Shown here one piece after another: positions 27,549 through 36,208 of a stretch of 64,000 bases of DNA. Positions within the stretch are counted from its first letter, which is position 1; every line of letters begins with the position of its first letter. This DNA comes from a virus, in IMG/VR virus record IMGVR_UViG_3300047299_000067, positions 32,001 through 96,000 of that record; one strand, given 5' to 3'. Both the position numbers and the translations under genes were made by a program. The notes beneath the pieces are model-generated. The model searched no databases, was not told where the DNA came from, and saw nothing but the letters and a program-made list of their open reading frames with translations.

Positions 27549-27809
27549 TTATTTTCCCAGTGCTGCTATTAGCAACAGCATTTCTAATTCTGTAATACTT
27601 TGATTTACATTTTCTAGCAGTTCGTTGTACTGCATAGTGGGTGCTCTCTTCATTCGCCGCGCATCTACTTCCATATTACCCAACTTCTTTACTTGGTTGT
27701 TAATGTTAGTAAGCACTCGATTAAGCCTGGGATCGGAAGAAGCGTCCTTACCGATTTTTCGTAATTGAGAACTTACATTTGACCAGTCGAGGCTTGATGT
27801 TATATGCAT
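27549..27809 (-). CDS. hypothetical helical protein, probably leaderless
   Basis: ATG at predicted +1 of promoter 27816-27844. Confidence 0.7.
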   Translation of the reverse strand: MHITSSLDWSNVSSQLRKIGKDASSDPRLNRVLTNINNQVKKLGNMEVDARRMKRAPTMQYNELLENVNQSITELEMLLLIAALGK

Positions 27810-27832
27810 ACTGATAGTATAACATCAAGCCT
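27790..27832. repeat. perfect 15-bp inverted repeat around a start codon and -10 box
   Basis: AGGCTTGATGTTATA (27790-27804) / TATAACATCAAGCCT (27818-27832), 13-nt loop. Confidence 0.9.
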
Positions 27833-27844
27833 AATTTGTGCCAA
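27816..27844 (-). promoter_or_regulatory. sigma70-type early promoter
   Basis: TTGGCA(CAAA)-N17-TATACT. Confidence 0.7.
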
Positions 27845-28156
27845 TTAAACGGGCAATCCGACTAGTGCTGCAACCATAATCATTTCAGGATCGCGGACTC
27901 CGATCCAATAAACTCTCGAACCATTTTGTTTTTTTGAATCACTCCAATGCACTGCCCACGCCGGTTGTTTTCGATGGTTGTTATTTTGATATTTCCACAT
28001 CCAATCTTGAGGACCATATCGATCCTTTAGAAATTGTTCGATAGACATAATATCTTTACTGTTATCACTGTAATTAGGAAAACGCCAAGCATGCGAAAAC
28101 TTAAGTTCGCGATATAGTTTATGCCTGCCGTTTAATTTTACTACTTTCTTACTCAT
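27845..28156 (-). CDS. hypothetical protein
   Basis: Packed ORF. Confidence 0.65.
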   Translation of the reverse strand: MSKKVVKLNGRHKLYRELKFSHAWRFPNYSDNSKDIMSIEQFLKDRYGPQDWMWKYQNNNHRKQPAWAVHWSDSKKQNGSRVYWIGVRDPEMIMVAALVGLPV

Positions 28157-28351
28157 TTAACTTACTTTTTCGATAGTTGCACGCCAAAAGCATTCATAGC
28201 TTCCGCCTTCTTCCCAATGTTTTGCATACGCTTCTGCTTCTTCGCGGGTCGTAAAAAACTTAGTGTCATCGGGATCGACTCGTTGACCCCATCCTGCTTC
28301 GTATTCTGTGATAGACACTTTGTATACACTGCCCATTTTAACTTCTGCCAT
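28157..28351 (-). CDS. small hypothetical protein
   Basis: GAGGA SD before MAEVK. Confidence 0.65.
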   Translation of the reverse strand: MAEVKMGSVYKVSITEYEAGWGQRVDPDDTKFFTTREEAEAYAKHWEEGGSYECFWRATIEKVS

Positions 28352-28361
28352 TATTGTCCTC

Positions 28362-28556
28362 TCAATCTTCCGAAATAGGGTAGTCTTCAATTCGAACGCT
28401 ACAGTTGCCACGAGCCACCCTGTATGCTTTGTAATTTTCTGCCAACTCTTTGTCTAAGTAAGTGCGAACTAACTTATACTCGCGATGGTCTTGCCAATCG
28501 CTTGTGAAACCATGTGGTGTAGTGTCTACTACATATACCAAATATACTTTGGACAT
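28362..28556 (-). CDS. small hypothetical protein
   Basis: AAGGA SD, first gene after promoter. Confidence 0.65.
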   Translation of the reverse strand: MSKVYLVYVVDTTPHGFTSDWQDHREYKLVRTYLDKELAENYKAYRVARGNCSVRIEDYPISED

Positions 28557-28588
28557 TTTTGGTTCCTTTCTGCTGGGTTGGTATAGTT

Positions 28589-28617
28589 ATAATAACATTT
28601 TGATATTTTTGTGTCAA
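28589..28617 (-). promoter_or_regulatory. sigma70-type early promoter
   Basis: TTGACA(CAAA)-N17-TATTAT. Confidence 0.75.
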
Positions 28618-28618
28618 T

Positions 28619-28642
28619 AAAAAAGGCTACCTTGGTAGCCTT
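28619..28642 (-). terminator. intrinsic terminator
   Basis: AAGGCTAC-CAAG-GTAGCC-T6. Confidence 0.85.
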
Positions 28643-28661
28643 GTAATGTAATACAAAAGTA

Positions 28662-28859
28662 TTACTTCTTTTCTTCTTTTGCGTCCTTTTTTATTTCTTT
28701 CTTTGCAGGCTTTTCTACCTTTGGCATAGCCTTTGGAGTAGCCGGCACACTGGCTGCACTTGCTGGCTTTTTAACTTCTTCTACTTTTTTAGTAGTGTCT
28801 GCGGCAAATGTTGCAGCGGCAAACATAGCGGCAACGATAAATGTAATAATCTTTTTCAT
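28662..28859 (-). CDS. secreted Lys/Ala/Pro-rich small protein
   Basis: Sec signal peptide MKKIITFIVAAMFAAATFA followed by low-complexity tail. Confidence 0.7.
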   Translation of the reverse strand: MKKIITFIVAAMFAAATFAADTTKKVEEVKKPASAASVPATPKAMPKVEKPAKKEIKKDAKEEKK

Positions 28860-28891
28860 AGTGTATCCTTTTATGCAATCTCTTGCTGTAA

Positions 28892-29623
28892 TTATTTAAC
28901 CTTGTTCAAGTTAATTCTTCGATATTCTTCTTGCCATATCGAATCTTCCATTTGTAGCAATCTCGCCATTTCTCTGCTGGTAATGTGTATTAGCAAGGCT
29001 CGACGAGGAAAGTTGGTGTTATTTGGCATAGTGCTATGAAGTGTACGAGGATGGTAAACTAATACATCTCCCACGGACATCTCCGGCTGCTCTACTCCTG
29101 CTAAAAATTCTTTATTATACTTTCCAGCATAACTATCTTTTACTACCCATCGTGTATTATGACTATTAGGTAGTAATCCGGTTCCTCCGTTTTCTTTCGT
29201 AAAGTTGCAAAGAGGAATAATACACTGCACGCCTAATAGCTCATCACGATCCCACCATTTATCAAACCTATACGGACTATCTATGTGAGGTTTAATAAAA
29301 TTATTTCCCGGCTCGTTAGTTATAATGTCTGCAATATAAGATGCAGGATCGTCAAACATACTGCCTAATAGTTCGATTAATTGTTGTGTTATTGCTTGCA
29401 CTTCTGGCCAGGCGCTCAATTCCTGGCTCCACCAAATGCCCAAGTCTTGGCACTCGTGTACTCGATCGGCAGGATAATATTTATAGTCCATGCCATGAGC
29501 ACGATGCGGGACTAATAAATCTTCTTTCAAGTTTAATTTAGAAATGCTTGTAGTTGATATTACAGAATTGAATACTGTATATCCTTGATTTGTAAATAAA
29601 TCTATTAGTCTTTGTTTGCCCAT
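28892..29623 (-). CDS. PhyH-family Fe(II)/2-oxoglutarate dioxygenase
   Basis: PHID (HxD), FTKENGGT..P.SH, GDVLVYH..LHS..N...RR. Confidence 0.85.
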   Translation of the reverse strand: MGKQRLIDLFTNQGYTVFNSVISTTSISKLNLKEDLLVPHRAHGMDYKYYPADRVHECQDLGIWWSQELSAWPEVQAITQQLIELLGSMFDDPASYIADIITNEPGNNFIKPHIDSPYRFDKWWDRDELLGVQCIIPLCNFTKENGGTGLLPNSHNTRWVVKDSYAGKYNKEFLAGVEQPEMSVGDVLVYHPRTLHSTMPNNTNFPRRALLIHITSREMARLLQMEDSIWQEEYRRINLNKVK

Positions 29624-29940
29624 AAATTGATATCACCTTGATATAAACTAAATTCAAACGCATCCATTTCACTAAACAGAACTAGCTTTTTCTTACTCAA
29701 ATAATAAGGCCATTCCATTTTACTATCTAACATTAATAATGTTTTGTTCGCTACAACATAATTGTCGGGTAGTTTTATGGCATAACTTTTCCATAAAAAA
29801 CTAGCCAAATCGAAACCTAAGCCAGTAAAACGAGTGCCTTTTGCGTTTTTGTATATACCAAAAAATGTCAAAGGTTTATCAACACTTGTTTGTATAGCGT
29901 TGAAAACTTTTTTACTTATTTGTTCTTTTGTTAAGGTCAT
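29605..29940 (-). CDS. hypothetical protein
   Basis: Packed ORF. Confidence 0.7.
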   Translation of the reverse strand: MTLTKEQISKKVFNAIQTSVDKPLTFFGIYKNAKGTRFTGLGFDLASFLWKSYAIKLPDNYVVANKTLLMLDSKMEWPYYLSKKKLVLFSEMDAFEFSLYQGDINLWANKD

Positions 29941-30229
29941 GTTCGTTGACCGCTTGTCCTTGGCGCATTTCCACTACAGAAAAGTCTGCGCATTTAAACA
30001 ACTTGTTTAACTTTTCCATAAGATTAAAGGCGTGCCCTGGATTACTAAAAGAGACTTTTTTGTATTTTGGACCTGGGTAATCTTGTAAGCTATTTAAATG
30101 AGTGCGAAGGTTAAAAGGTTTACCTTGATAAAAAACTGCATAGATGGCATCAGCTTCTAGGATTTCTTCGCTTTTGAATGTTCCTGGATCTACATGAGTT
30201 AAAAGTATAGTTGGTTTTGGTCTTGCCAC
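29912..30229 (-). CDS. hypothetical protein
   Basis: AGGAG SD, TAAATA at 30248-30253 upstream. Confidence 0.75.
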   Translation of the reverse strand: MARPKPTILLTHVDPGTFKSEEILEADAIYAVFYQGKPFNLRTHLNSLQDYPGPKYKKVSFSNPGHAFNLMEKLNKLFKCADFSVVEMRQGQAVNEHDLNKRTNK

Positions 30230-30276
30230 GTTTGCTTCTCCTACTTGTATTTATCCAAGAAGCATGCTATGACAAT

Positions 30277-30744
30277 TTAATCGTCTTCGTAGTCGACTAC
30301 TTTCTGTTGTCCCAAAACTACTCTCAGGTCCATTTTAGTCTTATACGGGCCTACATAAGTATTGGTTTTTACAGTAGATAACCGGGGGCACAAGCTGCAA
30401 ACCCAACCATTTTTAAACTTTAAACCATACCAGCCTGCTACGTGAGTACTTTTACTTGCGGCTTTTTTAGTAAATGTCGGGAACCCGTCTTGTTCCATAA
30501 CGTTATAAACTTCCTCTTGATCTGTAGGATATCCCATAACTTCTAAATGGCCGCCATGCATAAAATCTCTACGAATAAACTCAATACCTAAAGTCTTTAA
30601 CTCTTTATCGTCGTGTGCTACATAGTCTTTGCGGTTTAAATTAATAACATAATTATCATCCTTAAAGTTCATCATACCTACACGCTTGGCATTTTCTTCT
30701 AAAATCCAAAACTTATCTTTAATAACACTTTTTGCTAAAATCAT
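30277..30744 (-). CDS. hypothetical protein
   Basis: ATGA overlap with RNase H stop. Confidence 0.75.
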   Translation of the reverse strand: MILAKSVIKDKFWILEENAKRVGMMNFKDDNYVINLNRKDYVAHDDKELKTLGIEFIRRDFMHGGHLEVMGYPTDQEEVYNVMEQDGFPTFTKKAASKSTHVAGWYGLKFKNGWVCSLCPRLSTVKTNTYVGPYKTKMDLRVVLGQQKVVDYEDD

Positions 30745-31730
30745 TTGTACGATGCTCCTAAGTAATCGCCGTGTTCGGTCATTTGATCGGCGATCTTGAC
30801 CAAGTTCCACTTGCTACAGAACTTAACGAAATGCAATCCTACTTGCGGTACTCGGGATTTATTTCTCGCAGTATCAATAACTTCGTCTAATGCTAATTTA
30901 ATATCATCCGGTTGTTCTGTCAAGTCGATTAATTTCTTGTTATGCAAATATCTATCACGCACACGATGTTCGACGCCATTATGGTCTACCCAACGTTGCA
31001 ACATGAGATTGTTCCAAGAATAGCCCTTATTATCTTTATCGGCAAATGCTTCGCGTAAGCCGACTTTATTCTTTGTACCTTTTTCACGCACACCTGGATA
31101 TGCACTAAAGATGTTATCGGACGTATCGCCTCGCATGCATTTCTCAAATAGCAACCAATTTGGATCGGGTGCAGGGTGAGGTTCTTTAGTTTTCTTATCT
31201 ACAGTACGTTTACCTTTTTCATCGAAGATACCGTCGATAGTAATAAGATGTTTAGTGATGCCGTTAAACTGTCTCACGTTAGGTGCAAGTAATTGGTAAA
31301 AGTCTCCGTCGCTACTTACAATAACATGTTGGTCAGTTGGATGTGTTTGAATCCAACGTGCAATGAAATCGTCGGCTTCGCAACGTTCGTGTCGCAATAC
31401 TGTGCAATTTGATTTAGCATCGAGAAAGGATTTAAGCTCATCAAACGCAGCCCAAAACATTTTATCTTCTTCTGCTTCTTGTGGATTTAATGCAGCACGA
31501 GCCGCAGCTCGATTTGCCTTATAAGTTGTATCAAAATCCTTACGCCAGCTACGACCTTCGAGTGCGAAGATAACATGCGAACCTTTAAAGTCTTTCCATA
31601 CTTTATTGATACTGTTAAACATAATGTGATATGACATACCAACTTTTGTTTCAGCATCCTCACCTCGAACTACATGCCTCGCTCTAAAAAACATATTAGA
31701 CGCGTCGACCAAAATATATGTATTACTCAT
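30741..31730 (-). CDS. rnh: T4 RNase H-like 5'-3' exonuclease (FEN family)
   Basis: ILVD..N, SWRK..YKANR, EADD, SSDGDF.QL, GDTSDNI. Confidence 0.9.
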   Translation of the reverse strand: MSNTYILVDASNMFFRARHVVRGEDAETKVGMSYHIMFNSINKVWKDFKGSHVIFALEGRSWRKDFDTTYKANRAAARAALNPQEAEEDKMFWAAFDELKSFLDAKSNCTVLRHERCEADDFIARWIQTHPTDQHVIVSSDGDFYQLLAPNVRQFNGITKHLITIDGIFDEKGKRTVDKKTKEPHPAPDPNWLLFEKCMRGDTSDNIFSAYPGVREKGTKNKVGLREAFADKDNKGYSWNNLMLQRWVDHNGVEHRVRDRYLHNKKLIDLTEQPDDIKLALDEVIDTARNKSRVPQVGLHFVKFCSKWNLVKIADQMTEHGDYLGASYK

Positions 31731-31932
31731 TGTAATATGACTCTATTAATTTACTATCAATTTGTTCGCGAAATGCAATATTAAATTCTTGCATCAACTG
31801 CATAAATTCTGCATACTCGCGAACCCCCAAGAGCATTTCGCTCCATACATCTTCTTGGCTTTTTTTCATAGAAACAAGTATATGCTCGTTGCCTACGAAA
31901 TTTACCTTAAAGTTCCAGTTAAGTTTAGACAT
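31723..31932 (-). CDS. small hypothetical protein, probably leaderless
   Basis: ATG about 5 nt downstream of -10 box. Confidence 0.6.
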   Translation of the reverse strand: MSKLNWNFKVNFVGNEHILVSMKKSQEDVWSEMLLGVREYAEFMQLMQEFNIAFREQIDSKLIESYYNE

Positions 31933-31937
31933 ACGTT

Positions 31938-31966
31938 ATTATATGCTCAACTTTGATTCTTGTCAA
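31938..31966 (-). promoter_or_regulatory. sigma70-type promoter
   Basis: TTGACA-N17-TATAAT. Confidence 0.8.
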
Positions 31967-32279
31967 TAGATTTTTTGGTACGTTTTTTTGGTAAAATATC
32001 TGCATCTGCAACGAATTTGTTTTCTTCGTCCATTTGAGCGCCGATATTCTTACAAAGAGCAGTGAACCATTGGTCGACTAATTCTTCGTCTGTTTTGCCT
32101 TGGTATCCATTTGTTTTTAAGAATTGGATAAATGCAGCATTCCATTCCAATTCCATAAAACCTTGTGTAGGGCTACCTTCGTCAAAGTTTGTGCTAACAA
32201 CATTAACCCAGGGCTCGTTGCTTTCTTTTGGATTCGCAGGCTGTTTGCCTTTGAATAGGTTTTTAATTAAATCAAACAT
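31947..32279 (-). CDS. hypothetical protein
   Basis: EPWV..GFMELEWN..F...L..NGY..WF; start MFDLIK. Confidence 0.7.
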   Translation of the reverse strand: MFDLIKNLFKGKQPANPKESNEPWVNVVSTNFDEGSPTQGFMELEWNAAFIQFLKTNGYQGKTDEELVDQWFTALCKNIGAQMDEENKFVADADILPKKRTKKSIDKNQS

Positions 32280-32302
32280 TTCAAATATTCCATCCAGATA
32301 CA

Positions 32303-33400
32303 TTAAAATAAATCCAACTTTTCCCATGGTAAGTAATCCTTACCAAAGTGTCCGTAGTTAGTAGTCGAACTGTAAATCGGTTTAAACAAATCAAATCGTT
32401 CAATGATACCTTTGGGTGTTAAGTCAACTGTGTCTTGTATGCGGCTAGCAATTTTACGACTTAACTTATCGTCGTAAGTTTCTACATAAAAGCTCATTGG
32501 ATCTTTCATTCCAATAGCATAGCTAATTTGGCAAGTAGCCCAGGCCAGGCCATACGAAGCTACGATATTCTTAGCAATGTATCGCATCATGTAAGCGGCA
32601 CTACGATCAACCTTTGTGGGATCTTTACCACTAAAAGCACCGCCGCCATGAGGACTATAACCGCCGTAAGTGTCTACAATAATCTTGCGACCGGTAAGCC
32701 CAGTATCACCATCAGGACCACCAATAACAAAACGTCCTGTAGGGTTGATAATGAATTGGGTATTGTGATCGATGTATTCTTTTGGTAAAACACCTTTAAT
32801 AATTTCTGCTACACCAAGTCTTACATTATTAATTTCAATGTCTTGTGAATGTTGAGTAGAACAAACAATTTTTGCAATACGAGCAGGTTTACCGTTGTCG
32901 TCATATTCAAATGTTATTTGACTTTTTGCATCTGGTCCCAACCAAGGCATAGTACCCGACTTTCGCATTCTTGTTAGTTCTTCTACAATACGATGACTAT
33001 AGTAGATAGCACTAGGCATGTAATTATCGGTTTCGTTGCAAGCATATCCAAACATTAAGCCTTGATCGCCTGCACCAAAGTTATCAGTACCCAGTGCAAT
33101 ATCGGCACTTTGCCCATGTAGCAAGTTAGTGATTTCTACAGTGCGCCAATCGAACCCGGCCTGTTCATATCCAATATCTTTAATAACTTTACGAACTGCG
33201 CTTTCTACTTCTTCGTTATGTAAGATACCTTTATATTCTCCTGCTAGCACTACACGATTAGTTGTCACCAATGTTTCGCACGCACAACGTAGTGCAGGAT
33301 CTTCTTTAGCCATAACTAAATCTAACACTGCATCGCTAATAGCATCGGCTACTTTATCTGGGTGCCCTTCGGACACGCTTTCACTCGTAAATAAGTACAT
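32303..33400 (-). CDS. metK: S-adenosylmethionine synthetase
   Basis: FTSESVSEGHPDK, GAGDQG, GGPDGDTGLTGRKIIVDTYGG, GGGAFSGKD. Confidence 0.97.
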   Translation of the reverse strand: MYLFTSESVSEGHPDKVADAISDAVLDLVMAKEDPALRCACETLVTTNRVVLAGEYKGILHNEEVESAVRKVIKDIGYEQAGFDWRTVEITNLLHGQSADIALGTDNFGAGDQGLMFGYACNETDNYMPSAIYYSHRIVEELTRMRKSGTMPWLGPDAKSQITFEYDDNGKPARIAKIVCSTQHSQDIEINNVRLGVAEIIKGVLPKEYIDHNTQFIINPTGRFVIGGPDGDTGLTGRKIIVDTYGGYSPHGGGAFSGKDPTKVDRSAAYMMRYIAKNIVASYGLAWATCQISYAIGMKDPMSFYVETYDDKLSRKIASRIQDTVDLTPKGIIERFDLFKPIYSSTTNYGHFGKDYLPWEKLDLF

Positions 33401-33401
33401 T

Positions 33402-33773
33402 TTATTCCTTTTTAAAATTTTTCTTTTCTTCTAGTTCTTCGACAGTTTTTTTAATTGTCTCTGCAAAATTTAATGCACTTTGCTTGTTGAGCAGCATATG
33501 ATGCTCTTGTTTGTGAACCCCTTTAAATAAGATTTCAAATGCAGCTTTTATGCGATTGTATATTCCTTTGACACCGTCTTCCCATAACGGAGTCCAAGTA
33601 CGAACATAAAAACTAACATCAATCTCTTGGAAATAAGGATCAGTTTCATTCAATTCGATCCACATATAAACTGCATGGTCCTCGCCGGAACAATCGCATT
33701 CGACTTTAAAGTTTTTACTATTGCCATAGTCTCCCTGTAGCAATATGCCTTGTGCAGGAGTTTGTGCTTTCAT
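33402..33773 (-). CDS. hypothetical protein
   Basis: CDC..H motif; TAATG overlap. Confidence 0.7.
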   Translation of the reverse strand: MKAQTPAQGILLQGDYGNSKNFKVECDCSGEDHAVYMWIELNETDPYFQEIDVSFYVRTWTPLWEDGVKGIYNRIKAAFEILFKGVHKQEHHMLLNKQSALNFAETIKKTVEELEEKKNFKKE

Positions 33774-33946
33774 TACCATGATTCAACATCCGTTATATCT
33801 ATTTTTACTTTTGTTGCTGGATCAAATTCTAAATATGTATTTGGTCCGATACCAGAGAGACTCTCTTCTGATAGTACTACTCTGTCTATTTCGTATTCCT
33901 CAAATACTCGCTTGATGTGTTCAAATTGTTCTCTATTGATTATCAT
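33773..33946 (-). CDS. small hypothetical protein
   Basis: SGIG...DITDVESW. Confidence 0.65.
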   Translation of the reverse strand: MIINREQFEHIKRVFEEYEIDRVVLSEESLSGIGPNTYLEFDPATKVKIDITDVESW

Positions 33947-33951
33947 GCTTC

Positions 33952-34155
33952 TCACGGAGTTCTGCCCCACTTGATCTTGAGCCATATGCGTTCATGGATA
34001 TAATAGTCAACGCTTAGTAGAATATGCAACACTGTAGCAAATCCGGTTGCTTCTCCTAAATCTCCCGTGAACAAATATGTCCACAGAATAGTAAATAGCC
34101 ACGCAGTTATACGATAGCTAATCATTCTTGTTATAGTTCTTTTATGTGTTTCCAT
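33952..34155 (-). CDS. DUF2061-like small membrane protein
   Basis: ETHKRT...SYR, YYIHERIW..IKWG. Confidence 0.7.
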   Translation of the reverse strand: METHKRTITRMISYRITAWLFTILWTYLFTGDLGEATGFATVLHILLSVDYYIHERIWLKIKWGRTP

Positions 34156-35015
34156 TATTTCCCCCAACCGTTAGACCAAATGTCTACGTGAAGCCGCGGA
34201 CTATATCGATAGCCACGTGCTAATGCTTCGTCTGCAATATGTTTACTATTTGCAAAATAAGCCGTGTCTGTCCCACCCACTGGCATAACATAAACAGGTC
34301 CAGTAAAGCCAGCAGCTCTATAAGAAACTACGGCACGATCGACTTCGTTAAAATCTTCTGTTTTATCTACTACAAACTTTAAGTATGTAAAGCCCACTTG
34401 CTGGTACTCTCTTACAACGTCCGGACAAATAGCATCAGTCCATGCTTCGCCGGATGCACTTAGTTTAGGGCTTACACTAAACGTAAGATTGTTATGCAAA
34501 ATATGATAACGATCTTTTAAAAAATATTTAAATTCACTGTGCAAATGTTGAGTGCCGTTAGTTTCAAATGTTAAGTTGCGTAAATCGCCCATACGATCAT
34601 TGCTTAACAGTTCTGGATAAAGTTGTTGCCAACCCAATAAAGGTTCTCCGCCAGTAATAACCAAATGAACGTCATTGCCATTTTCTTGCACCCAATGATT
34701 ATTAGGTGTAAGTTTTAACATAGCTTCGACTGCTTCATCGACATTATAGTTTGGACTTAAGTGTTTAAATGCAGGATGCCAGCTTGCATAGCTGTCGCAT
34801 CCGCTAGTAGCCAAAGGTAAATCGTTAAATGTTTTGTACAAATGAACTTGTTTACCTATACTATCTGGCTCTGTAGTTTTTTCTCCTGCTGCTAGTCCAA
34901 AACCTGGACATTTAAAATTACAGCCGAATGTTCTTAAAAAGACACTAGGCACTCCGACGAATCTTCCTTCGCCTTGTGCCGAATAAAATATCTCACTTAC
35001 TTTTAATGTTTGCAA
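34155..35015 (-). CDS. queE: 7-carboxy-7-deazaguanine synthase (radical SAM)
   Basis: EIFYSAQGEG, VFLRTFGCNFKC...CDS, TGGEP, ETNG, SPK, PRLH. Confidence 0.9.
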   Translation of the reverse strand: MQTLKVSEIFYSAQGEGRFVGVPSVFLRTFGCNFKCPGFGLAAGEKTTEPDSIGKQVHLYKTFNDLPLATSGCDSYASWHPAFKHLSPNYNVDEAVEAMLKLTPNNHWVQENGNDVHLVITGGEPLLGWQQLYPELLSNDRMGDLRNLTFETNGTQHLHSEFKYFLKDRYHILHNNLTFSVSPKLSASGEAWTDAICPDVVREYQQVGFTYLKFVVDKTEDFNEVDRAVVSYRAAGFTGPVYVMPVGGTDTAYFANSKHIADEALARGYRYSPRLHVDIWSNGWGK

Positions 35016-35232
35016 ATCTAACTCCGCCTTTTACTTGATCGCCATATCTTAACTTTAAGTAGCAAACTAGATCATCTTCTAAATTGCCTTCTATAGCGTA
35101 TGCGTCTAACTCTTCTGGTTCTTTAAAACTGTCATATAAGCTACGTATTGTACACTCGGGATAGTTGTCTGTCAACCAGTACTCTAGTTGCTTACTTTCC
35201 CAGAAGTTCAAATTAACAATCAGTTGGCTCAT
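34993..35232 (-). CDS. hypothetical protein
   Basis: Packed ORF. Confidence 0.6.
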   Translation of the reverse strand: MSQLIVNLNFWESKQLEYWLTDNYPECTIRSLYDSFKEPEELDAYAIEGNLEDDLVCYLKLRYGDQVKGGVRFANIKSK

Positions 35233-35380
35233 TATTTGACTTGCGGCAATCGCAAGGCATTCGACCTTGGCGACAATTACCGCCGCATCCTTGTATATTT
35301 TTAAACAGTGTTTGGTTTAAAACCCAGCTAACCAATAGCATAGATATTATAAATCCTATTACGGCTAAAAATGTTGGCAT
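35213..35380 (-). CDS. small TM + Cys-rich protein (55 aa, not in ORF track)
   Basis: Hydrophobic N-terminus then GCGGNCRQGRMPCDC; TAATG overlap. Confidence 0.55.
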   Translation of the reverse strand: MPTFLAVIGFIISMLLVSWVLNQTLFKNIQGCGGNCRQGRMPCDCRKSNNEPTDC

Positions 35381-35712
35381 TAAGTGATTGCCTTTTTCTT
35401 ACGTGTTGCTACTTTTGCTTTTACTGCCGGTTTCATTTGGTTTAGCTCTGCTCCAGCAATTGCTTCTCGAACTTCCTTTAACAATTGCTCGTCATCCCAA
35501 ATAAGTTCGGTCTTACCATCTTCGAATGTTTTAACTGTAAGGTGTGTGCCTTGACTAATCTTAGGCCAGCCGCCGCTAGGTACATTCTTTGATTTAGTTT
35601 TCTTTTCTTTTGGTAATACAATCTTAGCACTGCCCATAGTTCCGGGCATGTCCATTTTTACTTTGGACTTTTTTGGTTTTGATTCTGTTGTTTTTGCTTT
35701 TTTCGTTGCCAT
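35380..35712 (-). CDS. Lys-rich hypothetical protein
   Basis: AAGGA SD before MATKK. Confidence 0.7.
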   Translation of the reverse strand: MATKKAKTTESKPKKSKVKMDMPGTMGSAKIVLPKEKKTKSKNVPSGGWPKISQGTHLTVKTFEDGKTELIWDDEQLLKEVREAIAGAELNQMKPAVKAKVATRKKKAIT

Positions 35713-35714
35713 TT

Positions 35715-36017
35715 TTATTTCCTTAATTCTTTCATTAACCATTCCTGTGTAGCGTCCTTTACATAAGGGAACCGCTTGCTTAGTTCGGGATCTAAACTAA
35801 TGTCTAACATGACTCGTTTTAATAGCGTAGTTATTTCTACTAACTCATTTATTTCTACAGAGTTATTAGAAGAGCCAGTCATCATTCCGTCTGTACTAAT
35901 AGTCATTATAGGCAGTTGATTATTATCCCTAATCTCAAAAGCCTTTTCTGCAATTATACTTTTGGGAGAAAGGGTATTCAAACTCGATCCTGGGTGGCAA
36001 TGTGGACATGTTGTCAT
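35715..36017 (-). CDS. hypothetical protein
   Basis: TAATG overlap. Confidence 0.65.
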   Translation of the reverse strand: MTTCPHCHPGSSLNTLSPKSIIAEKAFEIRDNNQLPIMTISTDGMMTGSSNNSVEINELVEITTLLKRVMLDISLDPELSKRFPYVKDATQEWLMKELRK

Positions 36018-36208
36018 TACAAATAACTATTAGTTTCTTCTATTCGCCAAATTGCAATACCTTGATCAATTTCCTTACTCGCATTTTTTTCAATATAAGA
36101 AATTCTAACGTCGACTTGCAAGTCTTGAAGTTCTTTCATCATAACGTTAACTCTATTGATAGTTTCTTTAAGGTACGCAACTTTAGTTTCTATTTGAGGA
36201 TCTTTCAT
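36017..36208 (-). CDS. small hypothetical protein
   Basis: ATGA overlap with folE. Confidence 0.65.
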   Translation of the reverse strand: MKDPQIETKVAYLKETINRVNVMMKELQDLQVDVRISYIEKNASKEIDQGIAIWRIEETNSYL

